Made by a program: the position numbers and the translations under genes. A stretch of 64,000 bases of DNA from Mobula hypostoma. Lineage: Eukaryota. The notes under the pieces were generated by a model, which was given only the letters and a program-made list of their open reading frames with translations, was not told the DNA's origin and ran no database searches. Below are positions 50,876 through 63,500 of the stretch, one piece after another (the stretch's first letter is position 1; every line of letters starts with the position of its first letter). The DNA is taken from the NCBI RefSeq assembly GCF_963921235.1, contig NC_086101.1, positions 15,872,001-15,936,000 on the forward strand. Reading direction: 5' to 3'.

Positions 50876-52357
50876 TGTCATGGTCCAGTCCGTAAAGGCC
50901 GTATTCCGGTTTCATGGTCTGGTCCATCGATCCTTATTCCAGGTGTTCCGGTTTCCCCCAGGTTCCGTTGGGCTCCTTAATTGAGGCACCTGATTCCTGT
51001 TTTGGGTTGGCACATAAATACCTCTGCAAACCAAGGATTCCCTGCTGGAACTGTTCCCCCTGCCCTTCCTTCGGAAACTTTCACCTGAAACCTCATCAGT
51101 ATCCCTGTCAAGTTCAACCGCCGGAGTGAGACCGGAGCCAACCACGCTAAGGTAAGGAACTATCTATTGTTGAGTTTGGAACTGTCTCTTTGTGTCCCCG
51201 TGTTTAGTGTCCGTGTTCTGTGTACGAATCCTGGCCCTACGTCCTGTCCCCAGGGTGGGGTCCTCACTCTGTGCTCCCTGTTCTTGTGCTCAAGTCCAAG
51301 GCTTTGTGTTACTGTGTTCCATGACCAAGTCCAGGCGCCCGTGTTCCAGCCCTGTCCAAGTCTGAGCTTCGTGGCCTCATCCAGTTTTGGTGCCTTTTCC
51401 AGTCCATGTTCCTCGCTCAGCGCAGGCGTATCTCACACAGCCCGGTGATGGAGATTCCTCGTCCAGTGCTGGAAATTCCTCGTCCTGTGCTGGATCTTCC
51501 CCATTGGAATCCTCGGCAGATTACCTCAACAGTTTACCTTGGTAGTTTACCTTAGCAGTCATCCTGGCTCTGCGTCCTAGAAAGGGTCCCGGCCCTGCGT
51601 CCTAGGAAGCATCCTGGCCCTGCGTCCTAGGAAGCATCCTGGCCCTGTGTTCAAGAAAGGGTTCCAACCCTGCGAAAGCAGCCTGGCCCTGCCTCCCAGA
51701 AAGGGTTCCGGCCCTGCTCTCCTAGGAGAAGTCCCGGCTCCGTACCCAAGAGCCTAACCAAGCCGAGTCCAAGAGGCCAGCCAAACCTAGTCCAAGAGCC
51801 TCGTCCTGCCCTGGAGTACCTCGTCCAGTCCACGTGCAAGGCTCTGAACGTCCAGTCCAAGTCCAAGGCTCTGTGTTTCTGTGTTCCAAGACCAAGTCCA
51901 GGCTCCATGTTCCAGCCCTGTCCAAGACTGAGCTTCCTGTCCTCATCCAGTTCTGGTTCCTCACCCAGTCCATTGCCGGTGATTCCTCGTCCTGTGCTGG
52001 AGGACCTCTTCCTGTCCTGTAGCCTAGTCCTGTCCTTGCCAAGATCTTGGTCCCGAGTCCTTGCCCAAAACCGGGTTCCTGTTCCGAGTCAAGACCCAGG
52101 TTCCGGGTCCTTGTCCAGACTCTGGTTCCAGAGTTCCGAGTTCCCAGTCCAGACTCCTTGTTCCTAGTTCCACGTCTGGACCCGTGCTTCCAGCTCAAGT
52201 CCTAGCCCGGGCCCTGAATCCTAGTGTAATCCAGGGCCTGTGTTAATATCCAGAGTCGTTTCTTCCTGACTCACCTTGCTATCTCGATATTCCTAGTCCT
52301 GTTCCTTGTACTTCAGCATCTGTGTCTTGCATTTGGGTCCGCTACCCCTTTGCAACA
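50876..52357. mobile_element. Solo LTR, same family as 3349-4568
   Basis: Starts tgtcatggtcc and ends gggtccgctacc...CA as at 3349-4568; 5-bp TSD CTCAC; splits a CR1 fragment; 25-bp tandem array at ~51570-51740. Confidence 0.85.
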
Positions 52358-52359
52358 CT

Positions 52360-54200
52360 CACAACGCTATTAGAAATTTTAAAAGAGGTAACCAAGAGGA
52401 CTGATGAGACCAAAGTGGTGGATGTGATCTATATGAACTTTAGCAAGACCTTTGATGAGGTCCCTTGTGGAAGGCTTGGGATCTGGGGTGAGAGAGCTAA
52501 GTGGATTCATCATTGATAGGAAGCAGAAGCTAATAGTGGAAGGTTGCTTTCCGGCCTGGAGGTCTGTGACTAGTGATGTACCACAGGGACTGGAGCGCCT
52601 ATTGTTGTTCATAATTTACATCAACAATTTGGTTGAGAATGGTTAGTTTGCAGTTGACACCAAAATAGCTGGTACCATATGCAGTGCACAAGGTTATGCA
52701 GAACTACAGAGGTTCTTGATCGGCTGACTAAGCAAGAAAATTATATTGGCGAATAACGTTGAATTCAATTTTGCGTGCTGTTTTGCATTTTAACCAAGGT
52801 CGAAATTTCACAGTTAGTGGCTGGTCACTGGGGAGTTCTGTAGAACAGAGGGACAGAGGAATACAAATACATAGTTCCCTGAAGTAATGTCACCGGTAGA
52901 CAAGGAGGTGAAGAAGGTATTTGGCACAGAGAATCAGAGTTGGAATGTCATCTTGCAGTTGTACAAGACATTGATGAGGCCGCTCCTCTTTTGGTCACCC
53001 TGCTCTAGGATAAGCTATCAGGTGGCGGGAAGGAGGTACATCTGCCAGACACCCTGGGCAAGGTGTAGCAACCTCACCCCCCAATTCCCACCGTCCCCTG
53101 AATCAGGGTCCAGTGAAGCCATGGGAGCAGGTGATGGATGGTCATATGGGCAGCTGGTACATATCACAAGTCCTGGCAATGTGCCCACTGAAGTCAGGCA
53201 AACAATCTCTGAAGAGACTGCGGTCACCCATTTCATGCTGATGGAATAGATGGCTTTGTTTCCAAGGTTACAGATGATATGAAGATTGGTGGAGGGGCTA
53301 GTAGTGTTGAGGAAACAGGTAGGCTGCAGAAGGATTTAGACAGATTATGAGAATGGGCAAGAAAGTGACAAACGGTATACAATGTTGGAAAATGCATGGT
53401 CATGCATCTGTAGTAGAAATAAATGTGCGGAGTATTTCCTAAATGGAGAGAAAATCCAAAACTCGAAGACACTAAAGGACGTGGGAGTCCTTGTGCAGAA
53501 CACCCTAAAGGGTAACTTGCAGGTTCAATCGGTGTTGAGGAAAGCAAATGCAATTGTAGCATTCGTTTCAAGAGGTCCAGAATACAGGAGCAAGGATCTG
53601 TTACTGAGGCTTTATAAGGCACCGGTGAGGCTGCACCTCGAGTATTGTGAACGGTGTGGGGTTCCTCATCTGAGAAAAGATGTGCTGGCTTTGCAGAGGG
53701 TCCAGAGGAGGTCCACAAGGATGATGTCGGGAATGAAAGGATTACCATGCGAGGAACATGTGATGGGTCTGGGTCTGTACTCGCTACAATTTAGAAGGAT
53801 GAGGGGGAATCTCATTGAAACCTTTCGAGTGTTGAAAGATCCAGGCAGACTAGATGTTGAAAGGATATTTCCCATGGTGGGGGAGGCTAGGACAAGAGGG
53901 TACAGCCTCAGGGTAGAGGGTCGTCCATTTAAAACAGAGATTTCTGTTAGAAATCTCTTTAGTCAGCGGGTGGGGAATTTGTGGAATTTGTTTCCACAGG
54001 CAGTTGTCGAGGCCAGGACTTTGGATATGTTTAAAGCAGAGCTTAATAGGTTCTTGATTGGACATGGAATCGAAGGTTACTGGGAGAAAGCCGGGGAGTG
54101 GGGTTGAGGAAGGGAACAAAGGATCAGCCATGATTAACGGCGAGGCAGACTCGATGGGCCAAATGGCCTAATTATGCTCCTCTGTCTAATGGTCTTATAC
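52360..54200 (+). mobile_element. CR1 RT and 3' fragments with an RTE-like insert (~53010-53250)
   Basis: LYKAPVRLHLEYC..RGNLIETF; typical CR1 3' UTR. Confidence 0.8.
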
Positions 54201-55429
54201 ACACCCGGAATCAAAGAAGGTAATGTCAAACCACTTCTGTAGAAATATTTACAAAGAACAATCATGGTCCTGGAAAGACCACGTGCGCAGTTGTTATAGG
54301 AAATGGCACATAATGATGATTATGCCCCAAGAAAGACGTCATTAAGCAGAAAAAGAAATGAAAAGAATATTTGCCAGGACTACAGAGGCCATGTTATAGG
54401 GAGAGGTTGGATAGGATAGAACTTTATTCCTTGGAACGTAGGAGACTGAAGGGTGATGTTAAAGAGGTGTATAGAATCACCAGTGCATAGATAGGATGAA
54501 GGCCAACGGAAAGACAACCACGGAAAGGGAACCAAAATCTAGAGGCCATAGATTTAAAGTGAGAGGGCAATAGGGAGAATATGTAATGAGCTGTCAAAGG
54601 AAATGATTGAGACAGGTACAATCGCAAAATTTAAAAGACCCTTAAATTTCCCCTCTCTCCTCTCTCCTCTCCCCTCTGCCCCCTCTCCTCTCCCTCCCCT
54701 ACTCTCCCTCCCTCACTCCGAGTATGATTTGCTTCCACTTCAGGTTTTCCGGTTTTGTGGTGGACAATGAGCCTAAAATGTGACCCGCTCATTCTTTCAT
54801 GGAAGGTATAGGATATGCCTGATATGGGTAGGTTGGTGCGTGTTTGTGAGCAGGGATATATAGCTACTGGTAGATAGAAATAAGGTACCCCCTCCCCTCC
54901 CCTCCCTCAAGATAATTACATAAATATTGTAGTATGTTCACACAGACAGGCTTCGCATGTATGATACATGGTGCTATTAATATAGATGTAGTGACGCTGC
55001 CAAAATACGTGCCGCTTTGTTATAAAGTCTGCTGAGCTATTCGTATGATATAAAGCCTTGCAGGTGCAGCCACATAGAACACACACGCACACAGACATGT
55101 GCACACAGACACATAATATAATGCAGTATCCTATACAAATATAATGTTAATGCACATAAGAATAATATGTATATATAATAATATCATATATATTATTTGC
55201 ACAGTTTCTACAGATGGGTTATTGGCACTTTAAAACCTGTTTCTTCGGGCAGATGGAGCTCGCCAGCCGTGGTTGGCAGCTCATCCAGGAAAAAGTAAAA
55301 CTCTGATCTGAAACCTCCGCTGCCTTGCAGCTCTACCCCCTCATGGGGAAGGATTCGGGCGTAAACCCAGAGGGTGAAATCCAGAGCTGGAGTCCCTAAG
55401 GCAACCCTCCATTGAGTTGACACATTTGT

Positions 55430-56940
55430 TTTTTAAATTTAAAAAATTTTTATTGAAGGAATGACAATACAGAATATATAATGGATTACATTTTCCTCCA
55501 TTTTGCTTTAATATCGTACCCCCAAAACAAACCTCCCCCTACCCATCCTCCCCAAACATATCATGGCAGCTAATATATTTACAACACAACACTTCACAAA
55601 TACAAGTACGGACATTTCACAACCATACCCCCACACTACTTCAAGACGACGGCTCACACACATCTGCAACATGTCAGATGATCCAAAATACACTCATATT
55701 TACAATTCATCAACCACTCTGTGAGGTAAATTATAAGCGTGTTAAATGGGAGGCAACTTCCTAAGTACAATCAAATGCCCTCAACTAGTAGGTAATTCCT
55801 TAAGACTCCCAAAATATGATAAGAAAGATCCCCATTTCGAATAGAACTTTTTCACAGACCCCCTCAAAGTGAATTTAATCTTTTCTAATTTCAGAAAAAA
55901 CATTACATCCTCTAACCAAGCAGCAGCAGTTGGGGGAGTGGCAGATTTCCAAACCAGCAAAATTCTCCTACTGGCCAATAGCGATGTAAATGCAATGATA
56001 TCCGACTGGCTTGCATTTAAACCCAAATCATCATCTGCCACACCAAGTATAGCTATAAGCGGGCAAGGTCTCAGTGTCATCCCCAAATAGGAATAGGAGT
56101 GGTGAACATGAGAAAAGAAAGAGAATTGCCTAACTGATGGATTCAAAAATCTCCAAGGATCCATATAACCATTTTGTTGCATAAACATTGAGAAGGCCTT
56201 TGCCATATCAGAAAATGTTCCCCTAGGGCAAGACCTATCAAGCAGTGGGTCAATAGCACAGTTCAAATCTCCAGAAAAGATTAGCTTATGTGTATTCAGG
56301 TTAGGTATTAATGACAAAACCTTATTTGCAAATTGGACATCGTCCCAATTAGGAGCATAAACATTTACAAAAATAACAGGTATCTGAAAGAGAGAGCCAG
56401 AGACTATAATAAAGTGACCATTAGGGTCACTGATTACATCAGATGGTGTGAACTGCATTCTTTTGGTGATTAATATTGCCACCCCCCTGGACCTACTATT
56501 AAATCTGGAATGAAAAACCTGACTAATCCATGCTTTACGAAGTCTATTATGGTCCTCCACTCTTAAAAGTGTCTCTTGTAGAAATAGTATATCTGCTTTT
56601 AATTGTTTCAGATGAGAGAAAACTTTAGCTCATTTAACCGGACCATTGAGCCCCTTTACATTCCAAGAAATAAACCTCACAGGGTGGCCTCCATCAGCAG
56701 CGCTCACGTTAACCATATCAAAAGACACACAGGGCCTACAATCCAAAACAGTGCGAGGGCATAAGTTGCACACAATAACGCACAATGAAAAGAAAGTCTG
56801 ATCAATTCATAACACACAAAAGAATAAACTGCCATGGTAATCCCACAAAACACTCCCCCCACCCCTTTACACAAACAACAAAAAAACCCAATTAACCCCC
56901 GAAACCTAGATCTATCTCCCCAATTGAGGAAATTGAAGAA
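55430..56940 (-). mobile_element. Internally deleted L1 (EN domain joined in frame to ORF2 C-terminus)
   Basis: ISWNVKGLN..FLQET..SRGVAILI..NVYAPN..SGDLN followed directly by LLVWKS..LKLEKIKF; absent from block A. Confidence 0.8.
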
Positions 56941-57584
56941 TTCTATGTTCATACTGCCATGATGAGGCTAAACTCAGGTTGGAGGAGCAACACCTCATAT
57001 ACCGTCTAGGCAGTCTCCAGCCCCTTGGTATGAACATAGAATTCTCCAGCTTCCGGTAATTCCCTCTCCCTCCCTTCCTCTATCCCTATTTCGCATCACC
57101 TCCCTCATAGTTCCGCCTTCTTCTACTATTGTTCTCCTGCCAATCACCTCCCTGCTTCCCCTCCCCCACTCCTTTGTCTTAAAAATTTCTGTTTTTTTCA
57201 ACTACCTGCATTCTTCAAACCCTCCCCAAAGTTCTTCCTTCAGTCCTGACGAAGGATTTCGGCCCGAAACGTCAACTAATCTTTTCAACTGTTGCTGACT
57301 GACCTGCTGAGTTCCTCCAGCGCATTGTGAGTGTTCCTAAGATGCAATATCCATGGTGAACTCTGTCCGACGGAGGCCTCAACTCAACTCAAAGTCCATT
57401 CCTAAGGGTGATGCAGAGGAGCAGCTTTCCTCTCATGCAGATGGCCAAGTGGGCACTTCAGACCCGAGGAAGGGTCTCCACCTGAGATGCTGACTGCCCA
57501 TTTCCCTCCACAGGTTCTACCTGACCCAGTGAGGGGTCCTTCAGCACCTTTGTGTGGTGTTGGGTTTTCCAGCGCATAGCGCAA

Positions 57585-57602
57585 CACTGCCCCCCGCTGG
57601 CC
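57585..57602 (-). promoter_or_regulatory. CTCF-like motif, copy B
   Basis: GGCCAGCGGGGGGCAGTG; two substitutions relative to copies A and C. Confidence 0.55.
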
Positions 57603-58020
57603 GGCACCCTTTCACTGCAACTCTGTCCTCTACTGACGGACCTGAGGGAAGAAAAGAACATCTCACTTTGTCTCTTTTCAAGGTTTAACAGTCCAAAGTA
57701 CATTATTATTATCACAGTATATATACCCATATGCAACCCTGAGATGGAGATTATTGCAGGCAGCCGCAAAACAAGAAAAGCACAGTAGAATACACGATTA
57801 AAACAAGAACCCACACAACCAAGACATTCAAACATCCAATGTGTGAAAAAGGAACAAATGGTGCAAACAATTAAAAGTAAACAAGTAACAGATAGAACAT
57901 GAACCGCAGGGTCCCCGAAAGTGAGTACGCAGCCACAGAGCCAGTTGGGTGCTGAGAACCTCACGGAGTAGTGAGCTGAACACTGGTTTGTTCTTTACCC
58001 TCGGCCTCGACACCTTAACC

Positions 58021-58472
58021 TGTTGCAATGCCACGTGGCGAATGAGGCGAACCCAAGTGCAGGACACAGGCACGGAGATTGAGGATGCTTACACGGGCGT
58101 AAACGCCGAACAGCGAACAGGAGGGATCTTGACATGGAGCCCTGATATGGAGCCTTGACACGGGGTCTTGACACGGAGCCTTGACTCAGCGATTTGACAA
58201 GGAGTCTCACAGGTAAACCTTGAAACTGGAGCTAAACTTAGAACAAACGGTTCTAAGCAGTCGGGAAACGTTAGTTATCACACAAGAAAAAGACCAAAGA
58301 TCTGGCAAATAGGGTTTGGAACACCGGGGTTCTTACACTGTAGGTGCTGATGGAAAGCAGGTGTGCCGTCATCAAAGAAAATTAAAAGCAATTGGGAAAT
58401 TAACGGTCGGAACCATGGCACAATCGAAGTAAGTTAGAGGAAACTAGGGAATAAATGACCAGGACAGTGACA
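58021..58472. mobile_element. Solo LTR (paralog of 1533-1860)
   Basis: TG...TGACA with perfect 5-bp TSD TAACC. Confidence 0.85.
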
Positions 58473-58679
58473 TAACCCTTTTAATGAGGTTCGGCACTTA
58501 AATCGGTTAAATATTGTTTTTTCGCTCTTGGGACTGAAGTCTTCTCCAGCCATGGCTGCTGCAGTTGTAACTGCATTCCTGAGAGTCCAGTTTGCTGACT
58601 CCTTCAGGATAACGCAAAAATGCTACAGATAGTACAGGAGATAGAGACAGCAGCTAGTTGAGTGACGTCATAGTAAGAA

Positions 58680-60700
58680 GCTGGCACTCAAACGTCAGTA
58701 AGACCAAAGAGCTGATTGTGGACTTCAGGAAGGGAAAGGCGAGGGATCACAAACCAACCCTCATAGGGGGACCGTAAGTGGAGAGAGTGAGCAATTTCAA
58801 GTTCCTAGGTGTGAAGATGTCAGAAGATCTAATCTAGTCCCGAAATATCGATGTAGCTATAAGGAAGACAAGAGAGCGGATATATATATTTCATTAGGAG
58901 TTTGAAAAGATTTAGTTTGTCAACTAAAACACTGGAAAATATCTACAGATACAGTGCAGAGAGTATTCTGACAGTCTGCATCACAGTCTGGAATGCAGGA
59001 AGGTGTCGGCGACTGCACAGGGCTAATGAAGCTACACAAAGTTGTAGAATTAATCAGCTCCATCTAGGGCACAAGCTTCCATAGTACACAAGACATCTTC
59101 CAGACGCGGTGGGTCATTATTCAGGACCCCAGTCGCCTCGGGCATGCCCTCTATCTCATTATTACTGTCAGGAAGGAGGCACCGAAACCCAAAGGCACGC
59201 ACTCAGCGATTCCAGAACAGCTTCTTCCCTCTGCCATCGAACCCATGAACACTACCTCACTCTTTTAAAATGTATTAAAAGAGTTGCAGTATTTTAATCC
59301 AGTCTATATACATACATTTACTGTATTGGAATTGAATTGACTTCACTTCATTACTTACATGAGGAGTAAAAATCTTTAGGTTACATCTCTGTCTAAATGA
59401 GCAGTGCATATTTTATGGTAATTTATAATAAATAATATGTACAACAGGACAGTCGATATAACATAGAAATTCAATTGTATTAGCATGAATTCATCAGTCT
59501 GATGGCCTGGTGGAAGAAGCTGTCCCAAAGCTTGTTGGTCCTGGCTTAACCGAGGACCTCACTTGATCTGTGCACACCAGCTGTGTGGTGAAAAAGGCAC
59601 AACAATGCCTCTTTCACCTCAGACAGTTGAGGAAGTTTGGTATAGGCCCCTAAATCCTAAGAACTTTCTAAAGGGGCACAATTGAGAACATCCTGACTGG
59701 CTGCATCATTGCCTGGTATGGGAACTATACCTCCCTTAATTGCAGGACTCTGCAGAGAGTGGTGCTGACAGCCCAGCGTATCTGTAGTCGTGAACTTCCC
59801 ATGATTCAGGACATCTACAAGACCAGGTGGGTAAAAAGGGCTTGTAGGATCATTGGTTGACCCAAGCCATCCCAACCAGAATCTATTCCAGCTGCTACCA
59901 TCAGGGAAGCAGTACTGCAGCATAAAAGCCAGGAACAACAGGCTCTGGGACAGCTTCTTCCATCAGAATGATGAACTCACACTGACTTGAGTGTATTCTA
60001 TATTGCACTGACTGTTCTATTTATTATAAATTACTATGATTTCACATTGGACATTTAGATGGAGACTTAAAGTAAAGATGTGTACTACTCATGTATGTGA
60101 AGAATGTAAGAAATAAAGTTAATTCAATTCAATTTTGTGCTGCAGTGCCATTTCCCGGATGGTAGCAGCTGGAGCAGTTTGTGGTTGGGGTGATTAGGGT
60201 CCCCAGTGACCCTTCGGGCCCTTTTTACACACCTGTCTTGGTAAATGTTCTGAATAGAGGGAAGTTCACATCTGCAGATGTGTTGGCCTGTCCGCTCCAC
60301 TCTCTGCAGAATCCTGTGATTGGGGGAAGTACAGTTCCCATACCAGGCAGTGAAGCAGCCAGTCAGGATGGTCTCAATTGTTCCCCTCTTGAAAGTTCGT
60401 AGGATTTGGGGGCCCATATCAAACTTCTTCAACAGCCTGAGGTGAAAGAGGCACTGTTCTGCCTTTGTCGCCACATAGTGGGTATGTATGGACCATGTGA
60501 GATCCTTGGTGATGTTTATGCTGAGGAATTTAAAGCTGTTCACCCTCTCAATCCCAGATTCATTGATGTCAATAGGGATTAGCATGTCTTCATTCCTCCT
60601 GTAGTCCACAACCAGCTCCTTTATTTTTGTGACATTGAAGGAGAGGTTTTCTTCACACCAGTGTCAGCGTGATGACTTCTTCACTGTAGACTGCTTCGTT
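58680..60700. mobile_element. Rex1/Babar fragments in both orientations
   Basis: ORF 60124-60609 (FKFLSINITKDL..TILTGCFTAWYGNC). Confidence 0.75.
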
Positions 60701-60769
60701 ATTACTTGAGACAAAGCCAATAAATGTATATTTAATAGATTTTTTTGTTTACATGCAAAAATCTACAGA

Positions 60770-61800
60770 TGATAGAAATCCAAAGCAACACACACAAAAT
60801 GCTGCAGGAACACAGCAAGTGAGACAGTATCTATGGAAATGGATAAACTGTTGACGTTTCGGGCCAAAACCCTTCTTCAGGATCGGAATAGAAGGGGGAA
60901 GACACCGGAATAAAAAGGTGGGGGTAAGGGAAGGAAACTAGCTCGAAGGTGATAGGTGAAGGTAGGTGGGTTGGAAAGATAAAGGGCTGGAGGAGAAAGA
61001 ATTTGATAAGGAGAGGATGGTGGACCATAGGAGAAAGGGAAGAAGAGGGAAGCCGGGGGAAGTGATAGGCAGGTGAGAAGATGTAGTAGGCCAGAGTGGG
61101 GAATAGAGGAGGGGAGGCAGAGGGATTTTTTTTATTGGAAGGAGAAATCAGTATTCATGCCAAATGGCTGGAGGGTACCGGCATTGCCACCCCACCCATA
61201 GGGTGGCGTCATCTAAGCACAAGGGGCCATGAACCAACATGTAGGAATGGGACTGGGAGTGGAATTAAAATGTCTGGGCACCGGGAAGTTCCACTTTTGG
61301 TGGATGGAGTGGAGGTGCTCGATGAATTGGCACCTCCCTCCCCCAATTTATGACAGGTCTCACTAGTATAGAGAAGGCCACAGCAGAAGAAATAGACACA
61401 ATAGACAACCCCAACAGATTTGCAGGTGAAGTCTTACTTACTTGGAAAGACAGTTTGTGTCCCTGAATAGAGGTGAAGGAGGAGGCAAATAGGCAGGTGT
61501 AACACTTTAGCTGCTAACAGGGATAAGTGCGGGGAGGGAGATTAGTGGTGAGGAATGAATAGACAAGGGAATTGCAGATGGAGTGATCCCGGTGGAGGTA
61601 AAGATATGTTCAGTGATAGGATTCTGAAGGAATTGGCCGATCTGCTTAGAGGTAGGGTCCCGTTGGAGATGGCAGATATGTTCAGTTGTAGGATCCCTTT
61701 GGAGATGGCAGATATGTTCAGTGCTGGGATCTCATTGAAGATGCTGGATATGTGTAGTGGTAGGATTCTGACTGAGTTGGTGGAAATTAATTTTGTTTAC
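60770..61800 (-). mobile_element. Decayed Penelope-like element (pseudo-LTR + GIY-YIG remnant)
   Basis: Pseudo-LTR/hammerhead-like segment at ~60770-60890; GIY-YIG-like remnant similar to 17068-17709. Confidence 0.7.
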
Positions 61801-61829
61801 TGCTCACAGAATGTTGCCTTGTCTCACCA

Positions 61830-62560
61830 GTAGCATCTTGGAGACTGGGACGGGGCAGAGAAGGAAGTAGAAAAGTGGCTTTAATATGCAAAACACTGCA
61901 GGCGCTCATCCGATTAGCACAACATGGTGATTTAGATTCAATGAGTCATAGAGGACTACAGGACAGGGCCAGGTCCTAGTAGGTTCTAGGATCCACATTT
62001 CAAATTCACCTATGGAGAGAATCGACTATCAATGTATCTGGTCAAGACTATTCACGAGATCTGAAATGTATAAGGAAGAGGGGACGTGGTTACTATATCC
62101 ATCCTATCTTTCAGTCTCTGACAACATTCTCACTCTCTGCCCCACCCACCGTTTTTGGGGAATAGTTAACTTGTCGGTCGAAAACCGCTTCCATTGTGAT
62201 GGTCATCGAATAGCCCATTTGAGGTATGAAGCAGCTCTTTCCCATTGTTTGTCTTGTGTGCCAGGTAACCGGTGTCCCATGTCAAGCACCTGGGGTATAA
62301 GGGTAGCTCACTTGGGAGGCTTGCTAGCTTTGCCTTTGTCTCCAGGGACTCTTCACATTGACGTTGTGACCTGTGCTAAAGAACCATTGGGAAAGTTTGC
62401 TCCAGACTTAAAAGGCCCCTGTGCACAAGGTTTGTGTTTGTTGAATATTTAGTTTTGTCATTTGTATAACTTGGGGACTTAGATGTTTGGTCGAATCTTT
62501 TACTGTTGATAAATAAATCATTAATATGCTTATTTGTAGTCAGTGTCTTCTGCCTGACTC
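61830..62560 (+). mobile_element. Possible solo LTR (ERV-like)
   Basis: TATA-like ggtataag (~62295) and AATAAA (~62511) in LTR order; no TSD found. Confidence 0.3.
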
Positions 62561-62837
62561 ACCAAACCCATGAACCTGCTTCCACTTTAGACCCCCATCT
62601 GCCGATCGCCCCTCTCACCTGCCAGCACATGCTCCATCTTTTTACATTTGACTATCTCCCCTCTAGTTTCCAGTGCAGAGGAAGGGTCTAAACCAGAGAC
62701 TTTGACTCTCCATTTCCCACCACAGATATTTCCGGACACACTGAGTTCCTCCAGCATTGTGTGTACTGCTCCGGATTCCAGCATCGGCCCGAGTATGTGT
62801 CTCTGGATGGCAATAAAGGGTATGATTCCCCTATAGG

Positions 62838-62843
62838 TTTATT
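62838..62843 (-). terminator. Candidate polyadenylation signal of the upstream paralog
   Basis: AATAAA on minus, 184 nt after the stop at 63027. Confidence 0.45.
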
Positions 62844-63026
62844 ATGCCAGCAATCCCACACTTGACTAGAGAGCTTGGTTAATCTGATGCTCTTTTAATT
62901 CAGAGAGAGTAACTGAGGTGGAAGCTGATGTAAGCACAGAGACAGAAACTCGAGCCATTAACAGATTTCTTTCCTCGAAGACGGGGAGCAGTTGTGAATA
63001 ATCTGATGCCATCCGGGGTTCAAGGT

Positions 63027-63143
63027 TCAATCAAAGGAATGGAAACTGGAATCCTTATCATATTCATCACCGAACTGCTGAGAGCACGGTTGAGGACGGT
63101 TGAGAATCTTCCTCACGACCTGTTGGTTCATGGACCCATCTTC
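63027..63143 (-). CDS. Terminal cytoplasmic exon of the upstream paralog (EDGSMNQQVVRKILNRPQPCSQQFGDEYDKDSSFHSFD*)
   Basis: Acceptor cctctgtgttttcagtag conserved with 8537; differences from copy A are mostly synonymous in this frame. Confidence 0.6.
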   Translation of the reverse strand, partial: EDGSMNQQVVRKILNRPQPCSQQFGDEYDKDSSFHSFD

Positions 63144-63344
63144 CTACTGAAAACACAGAGGAACCAATTTAATTCTGTGAAGTGGAGTCGCCCGACCGTT
63201 GGAAGGAAAGAACCAACTCCTTGGTAGTAGCAAGCAACAGGAGGAGGATATTCGGTCTATCTAGCCTGTACTGGCTCTTGCAAAAGCAATCCCACTGCTC
63301 CACTCTCAGCCCATTGACCTTCAAATGTTCTTTCACGTCCCTTC

Positions 63345-63500
63345 TTAAACACAAAATAATCTGCAGATGCTGGGGTCAAAGCAACACTCACAATACGCTG
63401 GAGGAACTCAGCAGGTCGGGCAGCATCCATGGAAATGACGAGTCGACGTTTCCATGGATGCTGCCAGACCTGCTGAGTTCCTCCAACGTGTTGTGAGTAT
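63345..63500. mobile_element. Short hairpin Penelope-derived element, block B only
   Basis: ~50-bp inverted arms around gagtcgacg; imperfect TSD ttcacgtcccttct/ttccatgtcccttct; absent at the equivalent site of block A (~8735). Confidence 0.7.

Noticed and set aside
62012-62452. 146-aa plus ORF
   Set aside because: Inside LTR-like DNA; no recognisable motif.
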